This document shows, one piece after another, positions 9,651-20,413 of a stretch of 64,000 bases of DNA. Under the pieces are notes generated by a model. That model was not told where the DNA came from and did not search any database. It saw nothing but the letters and a program-made list of their open reading frames with translations. Each line of letters starts with the position of its first letter. Position 1 is the first letter of the stretch. The translations under genes were made by a program, and so were the position numbers. Source of the stretch: Candidatus Acidiferrales bacterium (GTDB lineage: Bacteria > Acidobacteriota > Terriglobia > Acidiferrales > UBA7541); NCBI GenBank assembly GCA_035604415.1, contig DATNIN010000068.1:6102-70101 (forward strand), in the 5' to 3' direction.

Positions 9651-9923
9651 CGCTGCCTCCGCGGTAAAGCGTGCGAGCGGCGCCGCGCTTCCGGCGCAGC
9701 GTTTCGCCCGTTCGATCTACTACAAGCCGGAATGTGGACCGCAGTTCATCCGGCCCCAACGAGTGTAACCCCCTCAGCGGGTGTTTCCACGCCCCTCAAT
9801 CGAACGCGCTACGCAGGCGTAATGGCCGCTGTTGCCATCGCACCCGCATCGCGGCACAATGTCGTGCCTCGCTCGAAGTGCATTTGCCTGTCGAGCCATG
9901 GCCAGGTCTCTCGCGGAGGGCCG

Positions 9924-11045
9924 ATGAGAAAATCCATGCTGTTGATCGCGGGGGCTCTTGTGCTGATATCCCTCAGCCTACCTCCCGCCTCATTGGAGGC
10001 GCAAACCAGCAGCAACCCGTCCGCCCCCGCCTCAAGACCGCGGCCGCGCCCCTGGAAGTTCGCGGCTTCAGGAGATTCACGCAACTGCGGCGACGTCGTG
10101 ATGCCGGGAATCGCCGCCGGTGTAAAGCAGAGCGGGGCGATCTTCTACTGGCACCTCGGCGATTTTCGCAAGATCAGCGAGGTAGACGAAGACATTGCGC
10201 ACCAGCCCGAGCATCTCTCCGCGCCGCTCGCCTTGCCGGACTATCAGGCGCTCGCCTGGAAGGATTTTATCGACAGCCAGATCGCGCCGTTCGGAGCGCT
10301 TCGCGTGTATCTTGGAATCGGCAACCATGAAACCGTCGCTCCGAAGACGCAGGCGGAGTTCGCAGTCCAGTTCGCCCGGTGGATCGACGCTCCGAATCTG
10401 CGCGCGCAGCGGTTGCAGGACGATCCTACCGATCGCCAGCCCAAGACGTACTATCACTGGTCGGCGGGCGGCGTGGACTTCATCAATCTCGACAACTCCT
10501 CGCAGAATCAGTTTGATCAGCCGCAAATCGATTGGTTTGAGAAGACTCTGGCCTCCGACTCTTCCAGCAGCCGGATTCGCGCGATTGTCGTGGGCATGCA
10601 CGAAGCGCTCCCCGAAAGCATCTCGAAGGATCACAGCATGAATCAATCGCCCGGCGGCACCGATACGGGCCGCCGCGTGTACGCCGATCTCCTCCAGGCT
10701 CAAAACACGGCGCACAAGCACGTGTACGTACTCGCCAGCCATTCGCACTACTTCATGGATGGCATCTTCAACACCGATTACTGGCGCGCGCACGGCGGCG
10801 TCCTGCCCGGATGGATTGTCGGGACGGCCGGGGCGGAGCGCTATAGATTGCCGTTGGAGAAAAGCTCCGCGCATGCAGCACTGACCAACGCCTATGGTTT
10901 CCTCACCGGCGCGGTGCATCCCGATGGTCAGATTGATTTCGATTTCCAGCAGATGAGCGAGTCCGACGTCCCGGCCGCGGTCAGCGAACGCTACACGCCG
11001 GAATTCGTACACTGGTGCTTCGCGCAGAATTCGCAAGCGCAGTAG
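9924..11045 (+). CDS. Secreted metallophosphoesterase (calcineurin-like)
   Basis: Start chosen at MRKSMLLIAGALVLISL (signal peptide). Contains GDSRNCGD, WHLGDF and GIGNHE motifs. Confidence 0.8.
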   Translation: MRKSMLLIAGALVLISLSLPPASLEAQTSSNPSAPASRPRPRPWKFAASGDSRNCGDVVMPGIAAGVKQSGAIFYWHLGDFRKISEVDEDIAHQPEHLSAPLALPDYQALAWKDFIDSQIAPFGALRVYLGIGNHETVAPKTQAEFAVQFARWIDAPNLRAQRLQDDPTDRQPKTYYHWSAGGVDFINLDNSSQNQFDQPQIDWFEKTLASDSSSSRIRAIVVGMHEALPESISKDHSMNQSPGGTDTGRRVYADLLQAQNTAHKHVYVLASHSHYFMDGIFNTDYWRAHGGVLPGWIVGTAGAERYRLPLEKSSAHAALTNAYGFLTGAVHPDGQIDFDFQQMSESDVPAAVSERYTPEFVHWCFAQNSQAQ

Positions 11046-11076
11046 AGCGCAATCGTCCTCGATCGAAAGGCAAATC

Positions 11077-12099
11077 ATGGCCACGCAGACAGTCGCCCCA
11101 CAGCCGGATCGGAATCTCGTCTATCACACGTTGAACGCCTACCAGAACACCGCGGCGCTCAGGGCCGGAATTGAGCTGGATGTATTCACCGCAATCGGCG
11201 AGGGCGCCGATACGGCCGCGGCTCTCGCGAAGCGTTGCCGCGCCGCCGAACGCGGCGTGCGGATTCTCTGCGACTACCTTACGCTCATCGGATTTCTCAA
11301 CAAGCAGGACCACCGCTATGCCCTGACGCCGGACTCGGCGATGTTTCTCGACCGGCGTTCGCCCTCATATCAGGGGGAGACCGCGGGCTTTCTCACGCTG
11401 CCCGGCACCGTCGCCGCTTTCATGAACCTCGCTGACGCGATTCGCAGCGGGCATCCGGTCCTGCCCGGCGAAGGCTCAATCTCGCCGGAAAATCCGATTT
11501 GGGTGGAGTTCGCGCGCTCCATGGCGCCGATGACTCGGCTGGCCGCGGAAGAGATCGCTCGCTTCCTCGGCGCCGACGCCGGGGAAAAATGGAAAGTGCT
11601 GGACCTCGCCGCGGGGCACGGCACATTCGGCGTCACGCTGGCGAAGCACAATCCAAACGCGGAAATCTTCGCCCAGGATTGGGCGCCGGTGCTCGCGGTC
11701 GCCAAAGAGAACGCCCGGGCGGCGGGAATCGACGCGCGCCTCCATCTCCTGCCCGGCGACGCCTTCCAGGTCGAGTTCGGCTCCGGCTACGATGTGATCC
11801 TCGTAACCAACTTCCTTCATCACTTCGACCCGCCCACGATCGAGACCCTGCTGCGCAAAATTCGCGCGGCGCTCGCTCCCGGCGGCGTGGTTGTGACGCT
11901 CGATTTCGTTCCCAACGAAGATCGCGTCAGCCCTCCCCGCGCGGCGGCTTTCGCCATGACGATGCTCGGCACCACTCCCTCGGGAGACGCCTACACATTT
12001 CCTGAGTATCAGCGGATGTTCCGGAACGCGGGCTTTTCATCGAACGAGCTGCGGCCCGTATTGGCCAGCGGTCACAGCTTGATCGTTTCTCGGATCTGA
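11077..12099 (+). CDS. SAM-dependent O-methyltransferase (Methyltransf_2 type with dimerisation domain)
   Basis: 340 aa. Has the SAM-binding motif VLDLAAGHGTFG and an N-terminal winged-helix dimerisation region. Confidence 0.85.
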   Translation: MATQTVAPQPDRNLVYHTLNAYQNTAALRAGIELDVFTAIGEGADTAAALAKRCRAAERGVRILCDYLTLIGFLNKQDHRYALTPDSAMFLDRRSPSYQGETAGFLTLPGTVAAFMNLADAIRSGHPVLPGEGSISPENPIWVEFARSMAPMTRLAAEEIARFLGADAGEKWKVLDLAAGHGTFGVTLAKHNPNAEIFAQDWAPVLAVAKENARAAGIDARLHLLPGDAFQVEFGSGYDVILVTNFLHHFDPPTIETLLRKIRAALAPGGVVVTLDFVPNEDRVSPPRAAAFAMTMLGTTPSGDAYTFPEYQRMFRNAGFSSNELRPVLASGHSLIVSRI

Positions 12100-12132
12100 A
12101 GAACTTCGGAAATCCTCGGGGCAGGTCTTCGG

Positions 12133-14601
12133 TCAAATCCCGAACGCAAGCGAGAGCAGCGTTTTCTGCTCCATCTCGTGCGCTTTCGCGGATCCTGTGG
12201 CGGGACTGGCGCTCGCGGAGCGGTTGACCGAAAGCACCGCGCGCCCGCGAGCCAGCCGCTCGAGCTGTGGAACGATGAAGTCGTGCGCTCCCATGTTGCC
12301 GGGTTCTTCCTGGACCCACACAAACTCCCGCGCGTTCGCGTGCCGATCCATCTCCGCGGCGAGTTCCGCCTCCGGGAAGGGATAGAGCTGCTCGACGAAA
12401 ACGATAGCCGCGGAACGTTCCGGGCGGCGCTTCCGCTCGGCTTCGAGCTCGTGGCCGATTTTTCCGGTGCAAAGCAGCACGCGCGCCGCCGAGCCGTCGC
12501 CGCGATCAGGCATCACGGTCTGAAAACGGCCGGTCGCGAGATCGCCGAGCGGAGAGGAAGCCGCCGGATTTCGGAGCATGCTTTTGGGCGTGAAAACGAC
12601 GAGCGGCTTGCGCCACGCCCGCAGCGCCTGGCGCCGCAACAAGTGAAAATATTGCCCCGCGGTCGAGGGCTGGCAGATCTGCATGGCGTCGCGCGCCGCG
12701 AGTTGCAGGAAGCGCTCGATTCGTGCGCTGGAATGTTCCGGCCCCTGGCCTTCGTAGCCGTGCGGGAGCAGCAGCACGATGCCGGAGAGAAGATTCCACT
12801 TGTCCTCGCTCGCCGCGATGAACTGGTCGATGATGATCTGCGCGCCGTTTGCGAAATCGCCGAATTGCGCCTCCCACAGGACGAGCGCCTCGGGATAATC
12901 CCGGCTGAAGCCGTACTCGAATCCGAGAACGGCGGCCTCGGAGAGCGGCGAATTGTAGATTTCGCACCAGCCCTGATCCCGCGCCACGTGTTCGAGCGGC
13001 ACGTACTCCTCTTCGGTTTCGATATCGATCAGCGCCGCATGCCGCTGGTTGAAAGTGCCCCGGCGGGTGTCCTGCCCGGTCAGCCTCACCGGCACGCCTT
13101 GCTTCAAAAGCGACCCGAACGCCAGCGCCTCGGCCATGCCGAAGTCGATCGCGCGCTTTCCGCGCGCCATGTCGAGCCGCTGCTCGAGGAGTTTCTTCAC
13201 CTTCGGATGAATGTGGAATCCGTCCGGATAGCTCACCAGAGACTCGCCGGTCGCCGTCAGCGACTCCTCTGGAACGGCCGTGTCCACTTCGAGCGAGGCA
13301 TCGTAGCGCCCGCCGCGGAACTTGCTCCAATAGCGCGGCAGCTTCCGCATCATGGGGCTCTTCTCGAGTTCGCGCGCTTCCGCCTGCGCGGCGTCCAATT
13401 CCTCGCGCACGCGCTGGATGATCGGTTCGGCATCCGTGCCGATTTTCTCCGCGTAGATCTGCCACATCTGCGGGTGCGCCTCGATCTTCCGGTAGCGCAG
13501 CGGCTGCGTGATGGTGGGATCGTCCACCTCGCTGTGGCCGTGCCGGCGATATCCGATCAAGTCGACCACCGCGGGCGTGCCGAACGCGTAGCGGTAGTCG
13601 AGCGCGATCCGGCCCACCCGCACCACGGCCTCCGGGTCTTCCGCATTCACGTGAAAGATAGGTACGGGCAAGCGCTTGGCGAGGTCCGATGAAAAGCGCG
13701 AAGAGCCGGTGTCCCGCGGCACGGTCGTGAATCCGATCAGGTTGTTGACGATGATGTGCACCGAGCCGCCCACGGTAAAGCCCGCGACTCCGCTCATGTT
13801 GAGCGTCTCGGCGCAGATTCCCTGGCCTGCGAACGCGGCGTCGCCGTGCATCGTGATCGCCAATATTTCCCGCCGGCCGTGCTCGCCCTGGCGCATCTGC
13901 TTGGCGCGCGTGCGGCCCATCACCACCGGATCGACGGCCTCCAGATGGCTCGGGTTGGATACCAGGTGGATTCCAACCTCGCGGCCGCTCGCCGCTCGAA
14001 ACGTGCCGGTGGCGCCCAGGTGATATTTCACGTCGCCGCTGCCGAGGGTGCTTCGCGGGTCCACGTCTTCGAACCGCGCGAAGACGTCCGCCGCGGCGCG
14101 GCCGACGATGTGCACCATCACGTTGAGCCGTCCTCGATGGCTCATCGCCAGCATGGCTTTCTCCGCGCCCTGCTCCGACGCCGCGCTCAGGATCGCGTCG
14201 AGCAGCGGGAGCAACGATGCTTCTCCCTCGAGCGAATAGCGCTTCGTGCCGAGATAGCGCGTCTGGAGCACGTGCTCGAAGATCTCCGCGCGGACCAGCA
14301 GGTCGAGAATTCGTGCGCGATCCGGCTCCGGCGCCTCCGATTCCACGCGCTCCTGGACCCACAGGCGGCGCTCGCGGTCGGGGATGTGCATGAATTCGGC
14401 GCCGATGCTGCCGCAGTAGAAGCGGCGGGCCGCGTCCGCCTCGGGCCCCGCGATCTCCAGTTCGGGCAGGGCTACGGGCTCGAGATCTCCCAGTGGGTCA
14501 AGATTGGCCTGAAGGTATCCCCAGCGGCGAAACGAATCCCACACCCGCTCCTGCGCTTCTCTCGAAGCTGCCGACTCCGCGATGGCTTGCTCCCCGCTCA
14601 T
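12133..14601 (-). CDS. sucA: 2-oxoglutarate dehydrogenase E1 component
   Basis: Strong E1o-like sequence (GDVKYHLG, HGDAAFAGQG, HGHSEVDDP, LLPHGYEGQGPEHSS). Start set at MSGEQAIAES (ATG at 14601). Confidence 0.9.
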   Translation of the reverse strand: MSGEQAIAESAASREAQERVWDSFRRWGYLQANLDPLGDLEPVALPELEIAGPEADAARRFYCGSIGAEFMHIPDRERRLWVQERVESEAPEPDRARILDLLVRAEIFEHVLQTRYLGTKRYSLEGEASLLPLLDAILSAASEQGAEKAMLAMSHRGRLNVMVHIVGRAAADVFARFEDVDPRSTLGSGDVKYHLGATGTFRAASGREVGIHLVSNPSHLEAVDPVVMGRTRAKQMRQGEHGRREILAITMHGDAAFAGQGICAETLNMSGVAGFTVGGSVHIIVNNLIGFTTVPRDTGSSRFSSDLAKRLPVPIFHVNAEDPEAVVRVGRIALDYRYAFGTPAVVDLIGYRRHGHSEVDDPTITQPLRYRKIEAHPQMWQIYAEKIGTDAEPIIQRVREELDAAQAEARELEKSPMMRKLPRYWSKFRGGRYDASLEVDTAVPEESLTATGESLVSYPDGFHIHPKVKKLLEQRLDMARGKRAIDFGMAEALAFGSLLKQGVPVRLTGQDTRRGTFNQRHAALIDIETEEEYVPLEHVARDQGWCEIYNSPLSEAAVLGFEYGFSRDYPEALVLWEAQFGDFANGAQIIIDQFIAASEDKWNLLSGIVLLLPHGYEGQGPEHSSARIERFLQLAARDAMQICQPSTAGQYFHLLRRQALRAWRKPLVVFTPKSMLRNPAASSPLGDLATGRFQTVMPDRGDGSAARVLLCTGKIGHELEAERKRRPERSAAIVFVEQLYPFPEAELAAEMDRHANAREFVWVQEEPGNMGAHDFIVPQLERLARGRAVLSVNRSASASPATGSAKAHEMEQKTLLSLAFGI

Positions 14602-14689
14602 TTCGTGCGTGCCCCTTGGACCTTGGTATGTTCCTCTTTCATCCCAACTATAAGATGCCCTGATTCGATGGCGGGACGCGAAGTGCGGC

Positions 14690-15169
14690 TTACGTTTCCG
14701 GCCAGCAACCCAGCAGCCGGCGAACGAGGACGAGCTGCCCCAAATGGTACGCATTGTGGTCGGCGATCAGCACCGCCTCGCGCAGGATCGTCTGACCCGA
14801 CCCGTGCGGGATGCGCGCCAGGAGATCGGTCTTCGGATCGGTCACCAGCTTTCCCATTTCTTCCAGATCGTGCTCCAGCGACTTGACGCTCTTTTCCCAC
14901 GCGGCCGCATTCGGCGGCGCCGGCTTTTTCGGCCAGTATCCCCCGGGCCAGTCTGGCGAGACGTGTTTCGCATCCCGGCTGAACTCAAGAATGTCCCACG
15001 TCGCGATGCGCACGTGCTCGAGCAGTTCCCACGCCGAATGAGGCGCGCCTTTCGGCCGCGTCCCGCGATGCTTGGCCGGGAAATTTTTCAGCGCACCCTT
15101 CCAATCGACATGCGCCTCGTGCGAGTCCATCGCACGTCGAACATAGTCGCGCAGTATTTTTTCGTCCAT
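14690..15169 (-). CDS. DinB family protein
   Basis: 159 aa. Four-helix DinB_2-like pattern with His residues (HVDW..., WELLEHV..., DHNAYHLGQL). Confidence 0.8.
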   Translation of the reverse strand: MDEKILRDYVRRAMDSHEAHVDWKGALKNFPAKHRGTRPKGAPHSAWELLEHVRIATWDILEFSRDAKHVSPDWPGGYWPKKPAPPNAAAWEKSVKSLEHDLEEMGKLVTDPKTDLLARIPHGSGQTILREAVLIADHNAYHLGQLVLVRRLLGCWPET

Positions 15170-15265
15170 GAAAGTGGCGCCTCCCGCCGCGGTTAATTTT
15201 AGGCTGCCATCGGAAGGAGGTCAATCAACGGCGCGGCTCATCGGAGGCTTTCGAATTCCCGCCGG

Positions 15266-15306
15266 AAAACAGAAAAGCCCTTCCCGGCACGATTGCGCCG
15301 GGAAAG
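15266..15306 (-). terminator. Rho-independent terminator after the zinc-ribbon gene
   Basis: TTCCCGGC-N8-GCCGGGAA hairpin (15281-15304), followed on the minus strand by GGGCTTTTCTGTTTTCC. Confidence 0.5.
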
Positions 15307-15401
15307 GCGCCAAGCAGGCGATTGGCATGTTACCGGGAATTCCCTAGTTGCAGGCGAGGTTTACCAGGTTGCGGCCAGCCGGCCTCGCGGCGATTGTGGA
15401 T

Positions 15402-15716
15402 TTATACTGTGGCGCTCGAAGCGCCGATGGATCGCCGCTGCTGAAAGCATTCGCGGCAATACACCGGGCGTCCCTGCGTTGGCTTGAAAGGAACCGTGGT
15501 CTCTTTCCCGCACTGCGAGCAGACCGTTTTCGTTTCCACTCGCTGAGCGTTCCCCGAACCCATCTCATTGCCTTGCGAGCGATTTGCCTTGCAGGCCTTG
15601 CACCGCTTCGGCTCGTTCTTGAAGCCCTTATCGGCGAAAAACATCTGCTCGCCCGCGGTGAAGACGAATTCAGCCCCACAATCCGAACACTTCAGGACCT
15701 TGTCATTGTATTCCAT
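15402..15716 (-). CDS. Zinc-ribbon domain-containing protein (two CxxC...CxxC units)
   Basis: 104 aa. CSDCG...CKAC and CSQCG...CREC pairs, similar to small zinc-ribbon proteins often found near cold-shock or ribosomal genes. Confidence 0.75.
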   Translation of the reverse strand: MEYNDKVLKCSDCGAEFVFTAGEQMFFADKGFKNEPKRCKACKANRSQGNEMGSGNAQRVETKTVCSQCGKETTVPFKPTQGRPVYCRECFQQRRSIGASSATV

Positions 15717-15902
15717 ACGCTGCTCCGGGGCCGGGTTCGCATAGGAAGGGCTCCCAGGTCGACGGCGAGTCGAGCCTGGGAGAAAGTAGGGCTAGCGGTG
15801 CAGCGCGCGGCCAGCGGCACGATGATTGCCCGCACATACTCGCGGTTGTCATCTGCCCGCTGGCACGAAGCTGCTTGGAATGAGTTTGGACGACTGGGTC
15901 GC

Positions 15903-16100
15903 CTAGTCTTGCTCACGCCGCTGTTTCTTACGGAGACGCTTACGCGAGAGGGCCTGCTTGGTTCGACGCCTTTCCCCGGGCTTCATGTAGTAGCTGTGCT
16001 TCTTGATTTCCTTGATGATGTCTTCCGACTGCACTTTCCTTTTGAAGCGCCGGAGAGCGTTTTCCAAAGACTCGCCCTCTTGAATTACAACTTCCGCCAC
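15903..16100 (-). CDS. rpsU: 30S ribosomal protein S21
   Basis: 65 aa, MAEVVIQEGESLENALRRFKRKV...KPGERRR. GTG start. Confidence 0.95.
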   Translation of the reverse strand: MAEVVIQEGESLENALRRFKRKVQSEDIIKEIKKHSYYMKPGERRRTKQALSRKRLRKKQRREQD

Positions 16101-16191
16101 GCGTATTCACCCCCGTCCCTTTGTTTGACCTGAACTAACGGAATTCTTGTTAGTGTAACCGGCATCCACGCGAACCGGCTAATGCCCAATC

Positions 16192-16220
16192 CTTCTATCG
16201 GAGGCTACCGTCCAAGTCAA
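16192..16220 (-). promoter_or_regulatory. Candidate sigma70-type promoter for rpsU
   Basis: On the minus strand: TTGACT (16215-16220), 17-nt spacer, TAGAAG (16192-16197). About 90 nt upstream of the GTG start. Confidence 0.35.
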
Positions 16221-16408
16221 GACTTAAATTGTCTATTAAGCCCGAAGGGGCGTGGCCTTTAACTACTCAGTAAATCTGCCGCGTCCTCGACTTGCGCCTC
16301 GCCCCGGCCCTCTGGCTCCACGCGCCCTGGAAGCGGGGCCTCCGGCGCGGGCGACATGCTGCTAGAATAGTGCGCTGCCCCGGGGAGGCGCTGCCGGACA
16401 ACCGATCC

Positions 16409-17641
16409 ATGCCGCAGATGCGCAACGCGATTGGTGTTCTCCTGGCCGGCGGCCAGGGCGAACGGCTCTGGCCGTTGACGCGGGACCGCGCGAAGCCCGC
16501 CGTGCCCTTCGGCGGCGTTTATCGTATCATCGACTTCACCCTCTCGAACTGCCTCAATAGCGATTTGCGGCGCGTCTTTGTCCTGACCCAGTACAAGGCC
16601 CTGAGCCTCAATCGTCACGTCCGGCGCGGCTGGTCCTCTTTGATGGGACATGGCGATTTCATGGAGGTCCTGCCTCCGCAGATGCGCGTCTCGCAGCACT
16701 GGTATCAGGGCACCGCCGATGCGGTCTATCAGAACATCTATTCCATCGGCAGCGAGCAGTCGAACTACGTCTTCATCTTGTCGGGCGACCACATCTACAA
16801 GATGAATTACCAGAAGATGCTCGAGCAGCATGTGGCGGCCGGAGCGGACGTGACCGTTGCGACGATCGAGATGGATCCGGTTTCCGCCGCGGGAAAATTC
16901 GGCGTGCTTGAAACCGACGAGAACTGGCGCGTCCTCGGCTTCGAGGAAAAACCGCCCCGTCCCAAGCCCTCGCGCGTGCATTCCGGCGCCGTCAACGCCT
17001 CGATGGGTGTTTACCTCTTTAACACTCAGTTCCTGGTTCCCATTCTCATCGACGACGCCGAAAATCCCGGATCCTCGCACGACTTCGGCAAGGATATTCT
17101 CCCGCGGATCATCGATAAATACCGCGTCTTCGCCTACAACTTCCGCGACGAAAACAAGAAAAGCACGTCTTACTGGCGCGACGTCGGCACCATCGACGCC
17201 TATCACGAAGCAAACATGGATCTCGTCTCGGTTACGCCCATTTTCAATCTGTATGACGAAAGCTGGCCGCTGCATAGCTGGCAGCGGCAGTATCCTCCTG
17301 CGAAATTCGTCTTTGCCGATCCGGAGCGCATGGGCGTTGCGCTCGATTCGATCGTGGCCGGCGGATCGATCATCTCCGGCGGGCGCGTCGCGAAGTCGGT
17401 GCTCGGATACGACGTCCGCGTGAATAGCTACAGCGACGTCGAGGAGTCGATCATCTTCAACCACGTCACCATAGGCCGTCATTGCCGCATCCGCCGCGCG
17501 ATCATCGACCGCCACGTGGAGCTGCCCGAAGGCACCGTCATCGGTCACGATCTCGAAGCGGACCGGTCTCGCTACGCCGTCTCTGACAATGGCGTCGTCG
17601 TGGTCGTTCGCCCCGAATCCATGATTGAAGAGCCGGAATGA
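16409..17641 (+). CDS. glgC: Glucose-1-phosphate adenylyltransferase
   Basis: VLLAGGQGERLWPLTRDRAKPAVPFGG and the C-terminal left-handed beta-helix region. Start set at MPQMRN (16409). Confidence 0.9.
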   Translation: MPQMRNAIGVLLAGGQGERLWPLTRDRAKPAVPFGGVYRIIDFTLSNCLNSDLRRVFVLTQYKALSLNRHVRRGWSSLMGHGDFMEVLPPQMRVSQHWYQGTADAVYQNIYSIGSEQSNYVFILSGDHIYKMNYQKMLEQHVAAGADVTVATIEMDPVSAAGKFGVLETDENWRVLGFEEKPPRPKPSRVHSGAVNASMGVYLFNTQFLVPILIDDAENPGSSHDFGKDILPRIIDKYRVFAYNFRDENKKSTSYWRDVGTIDAYHEANMDLVSVTPIFNLYDESWPLHSWQRQYPPAKFVFADPERMGVALDSIVAGGSIISGGRVAKSVLGYDVRVNSYSDVEESIIFNHVTIGRHCRIRRAIIDRHVELPEGTVIGHDLEADRSRYAVSDNGVVVVVRPESMIEEPE

Positions 17642-17672
17642 CGTCTGGCGCTCGCTCAAGGGGGCGGGGTCT

Positions 17673-17739
17673 TAGGGGGTCGGAGCTTTCGCGCCGTTTG
17701 CGTCCCGACGCCGTTTGTCGGGAAGCTCCGACAAAACGG
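17673..17739. repeat. Palindromic intergenic element, long form (TAGGGGGTCGGAGCT...AGCTCCGACAAAACGG)
   Basis: Outer arms are GTCGGAGCT/AGCTCCGAC, inner arms TCCCGAC/GTCGGGA, with an internal direct repeat CGCCGTTTG x2. It shares both ends with the element at 19275-19308. Confidence 0.7.
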
Positions 17740-17836
17740 GCCGCGCGAAGCGCGTGCCTTTGCGCTGTCTTTCTCGCAGCATGTAGTTGCTGGCGGTCTT
17801 GAACTCCGATTACGCACTACTTTTTATCAGGAGTGA

Positions 17837-19171
<1,335 letters not shown>

Positions 19172-19221
19172 TCGGCGTCGCATCGCGCTGGCGATGGTTA
19201 TGTAGAGGCTTGTCCCTTGTC

Positions 19222-19250
19222 TTCGTAGCGGCCGCCTTTAGGCGGGCGCC
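19222..19250. repeat. GC-rich hairpin repeat TTCGTAGCGGCCGCCTTTAGGCGGGCGCC (terminator-like, followed by GTTTTCTCC)
   Basis: A near-identical copy lies at 20042-20069. Each copy sits just downstream of a plus-strand gene (eno, DinB) and is followed by a T-run. Confidence 0.65.
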
Positions 19251-19274
19251 GTTTTCTCCTGTGGTTCTTGGACA

Positions 19275-19308
19275 TAGGGGGTCGGAGCTTCAGCTCCGAC
19301 ATAAACGG
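19275..19308. repeat. Palindromic intergenic element, short form (TAGGGGGTCGGAGCTTCAGCTCCGACATAAACGG)
   Basis: Perfect 9-bp arms GTCGGAGCT/AGCTCCGAC. Same flanks as 17673-17739. Confidence 0.7.
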
Positions 19309-19450
19309 CACTCAATCCAGTGGGCTTTAGCCCCTGAGGTCAAAGACTTTTTCCTGAACCGATCTGGGCTGACTCAGGTCTATAATCCGCTGGGCCGCGA
19401 GGCTGGCAACGAAGTTTCCGGTTTCGACGGCCTCATAAGGAGAAACTGCG

Positions 19451-19990
19451 ATGAAACGCTACGCCGTCATCATGGTGGGACTTGTTGGATTTCTCGCTTC
19501 GCCGCTCTTTGGTCAGGCCCCGGCGCCCAGTCAGGCGCCGCCGAGCGTCACCGACGCGATTCGCCAGTCGTACAACCAGGCTAAGAACAACCTGCTCAAG
19601 GCCGCCGACAAAATGCCGGATGACGCCTACGCTTTCCAGCCCACTCCGGAAGAGCGCAGCTTCGGCGGATGGATCGCGCACGTCGCGGACGCGCAGACGG
19701 CCGGATGTTCGCGCGCCCTCGGCACGCCGAAGACCCCAAGCGCCGGATCGAAGACCACGAAGGCCGATCTCGTCGCCGCCCTCAAGGATTCCTTCGACAC
19801 CTGCGATGCCGCGTACGCCGCGCTCACCGATGCGAATTCGAATGACCCCATTCAGAGCTTCCGCGGTCCCGTGCCTCGCCTCATCGCGCTCATGAACAAC
19901 ATCGTCCACGACAACGAATGCTATGGCAGCATCGCCGTGTATTTGCGCCTCAAGGGCATCGTCCCGCCCTCCAGCGAGCCGCGCCGATAG
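19451..19990 (+). CDS. DinB family protein with N-terminal signal peptide
   Basis: AAGGAG Shine-Dalgarno 8 nt upstream of the ATG. Signal MKRYAVIMVGLVGFLASPLFGQA. DinB-like His pattern (WIAHVADA..., HDNECYG). Confidence 0.8.
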   Translation: MKRYAVIMVGLVGFLASPLFGQAPAPSQAPPSVTDAIRQSYNQAKNNLLKAADKMPDDAYAFQPTPEERSFGGWIAHVADAQTAGCSRALGTPKTPSAGSKTTKADLVAALKDSFDTCDAAYAALTDANSNDPIQSFRGPVPRLIALMNNIVHDNECYGSIAVYLRLKGIVPPSSEPRR

Positions 19991-20014
19991 CGCGATTTTC
20001 GCGCTTCACGCATC

Positions 20015-20275
20015 TATCTCGATCATCCTTCAAGCGATGGTTTCGTAGCGGCCGCCTTCAGGCGGGCGCTTTTGCCTTTGCCGTGATTCGTAGCCATCCA
20101 TCCCCGCGCCGCCCATCCACCTCGACCATTCCTCAAGTGATGGTGTCGTGGGGCACGGTACACCGTGCCCGGCGCACATCCTTGGCGTGAAGCTGCCCAC
20201 TTATCTCGATCGTCGTTCAAGAGGTGGTTCCGTAGGAGCGCAGCATGCTGCGCCCGGCACACATCCTTGGCCTGA
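20015..20275. repeat. Tandem array of three related intergenic units (conserved head plus variable GC palindrome)
   Basis: The heads are ...TCTCGATC.T..TTCAAG.G.TGGT..CGT.G. The palindromes are CCGCC-TTCA-GGCGG, GGGCACGGT-AC-ACCGTGCCC (20151-20170) and GCGCAGCATGCTGCGC (20238-20253). Units 2 and 3 share the tail CCCGGC(G)CACATCCTTGGC. Confidence 0.65.
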
Positions 20276-20413
20276 TGTAGCCCATTCGGCACACGCGCCC
20301 ATGCGAGTCGGTTGTTATCCTCGTCGCTTACTCTGAGTCCGCCCTGGCGGACGAATGTGCCTTGATGGAAGACTTGATGGAGGAAGGGAGCGGAGATCTG
20401 ATCCGGGTGAACC

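Noticed and set aside
12178-14886. Several 300-600-aa ORFs (12178-13692 +, 12506-14362 -, 13756-14886 +) overlapping sucA.
   Set aside because: They are alternative frames or antisense of a well-supported 2-oxoglutarate dehydrogenase E1 gene, and their translations are Arg/Pro/Gly-rich.
20015-20275. The tandem repeats, considered as a possible CRISPR array.
   Set aside because: The palindromic part differs between units while the flanks are conserved, which is the opposite of the CRISPR repeat and spacer pattern. There are only three units, and no cas genes are present.
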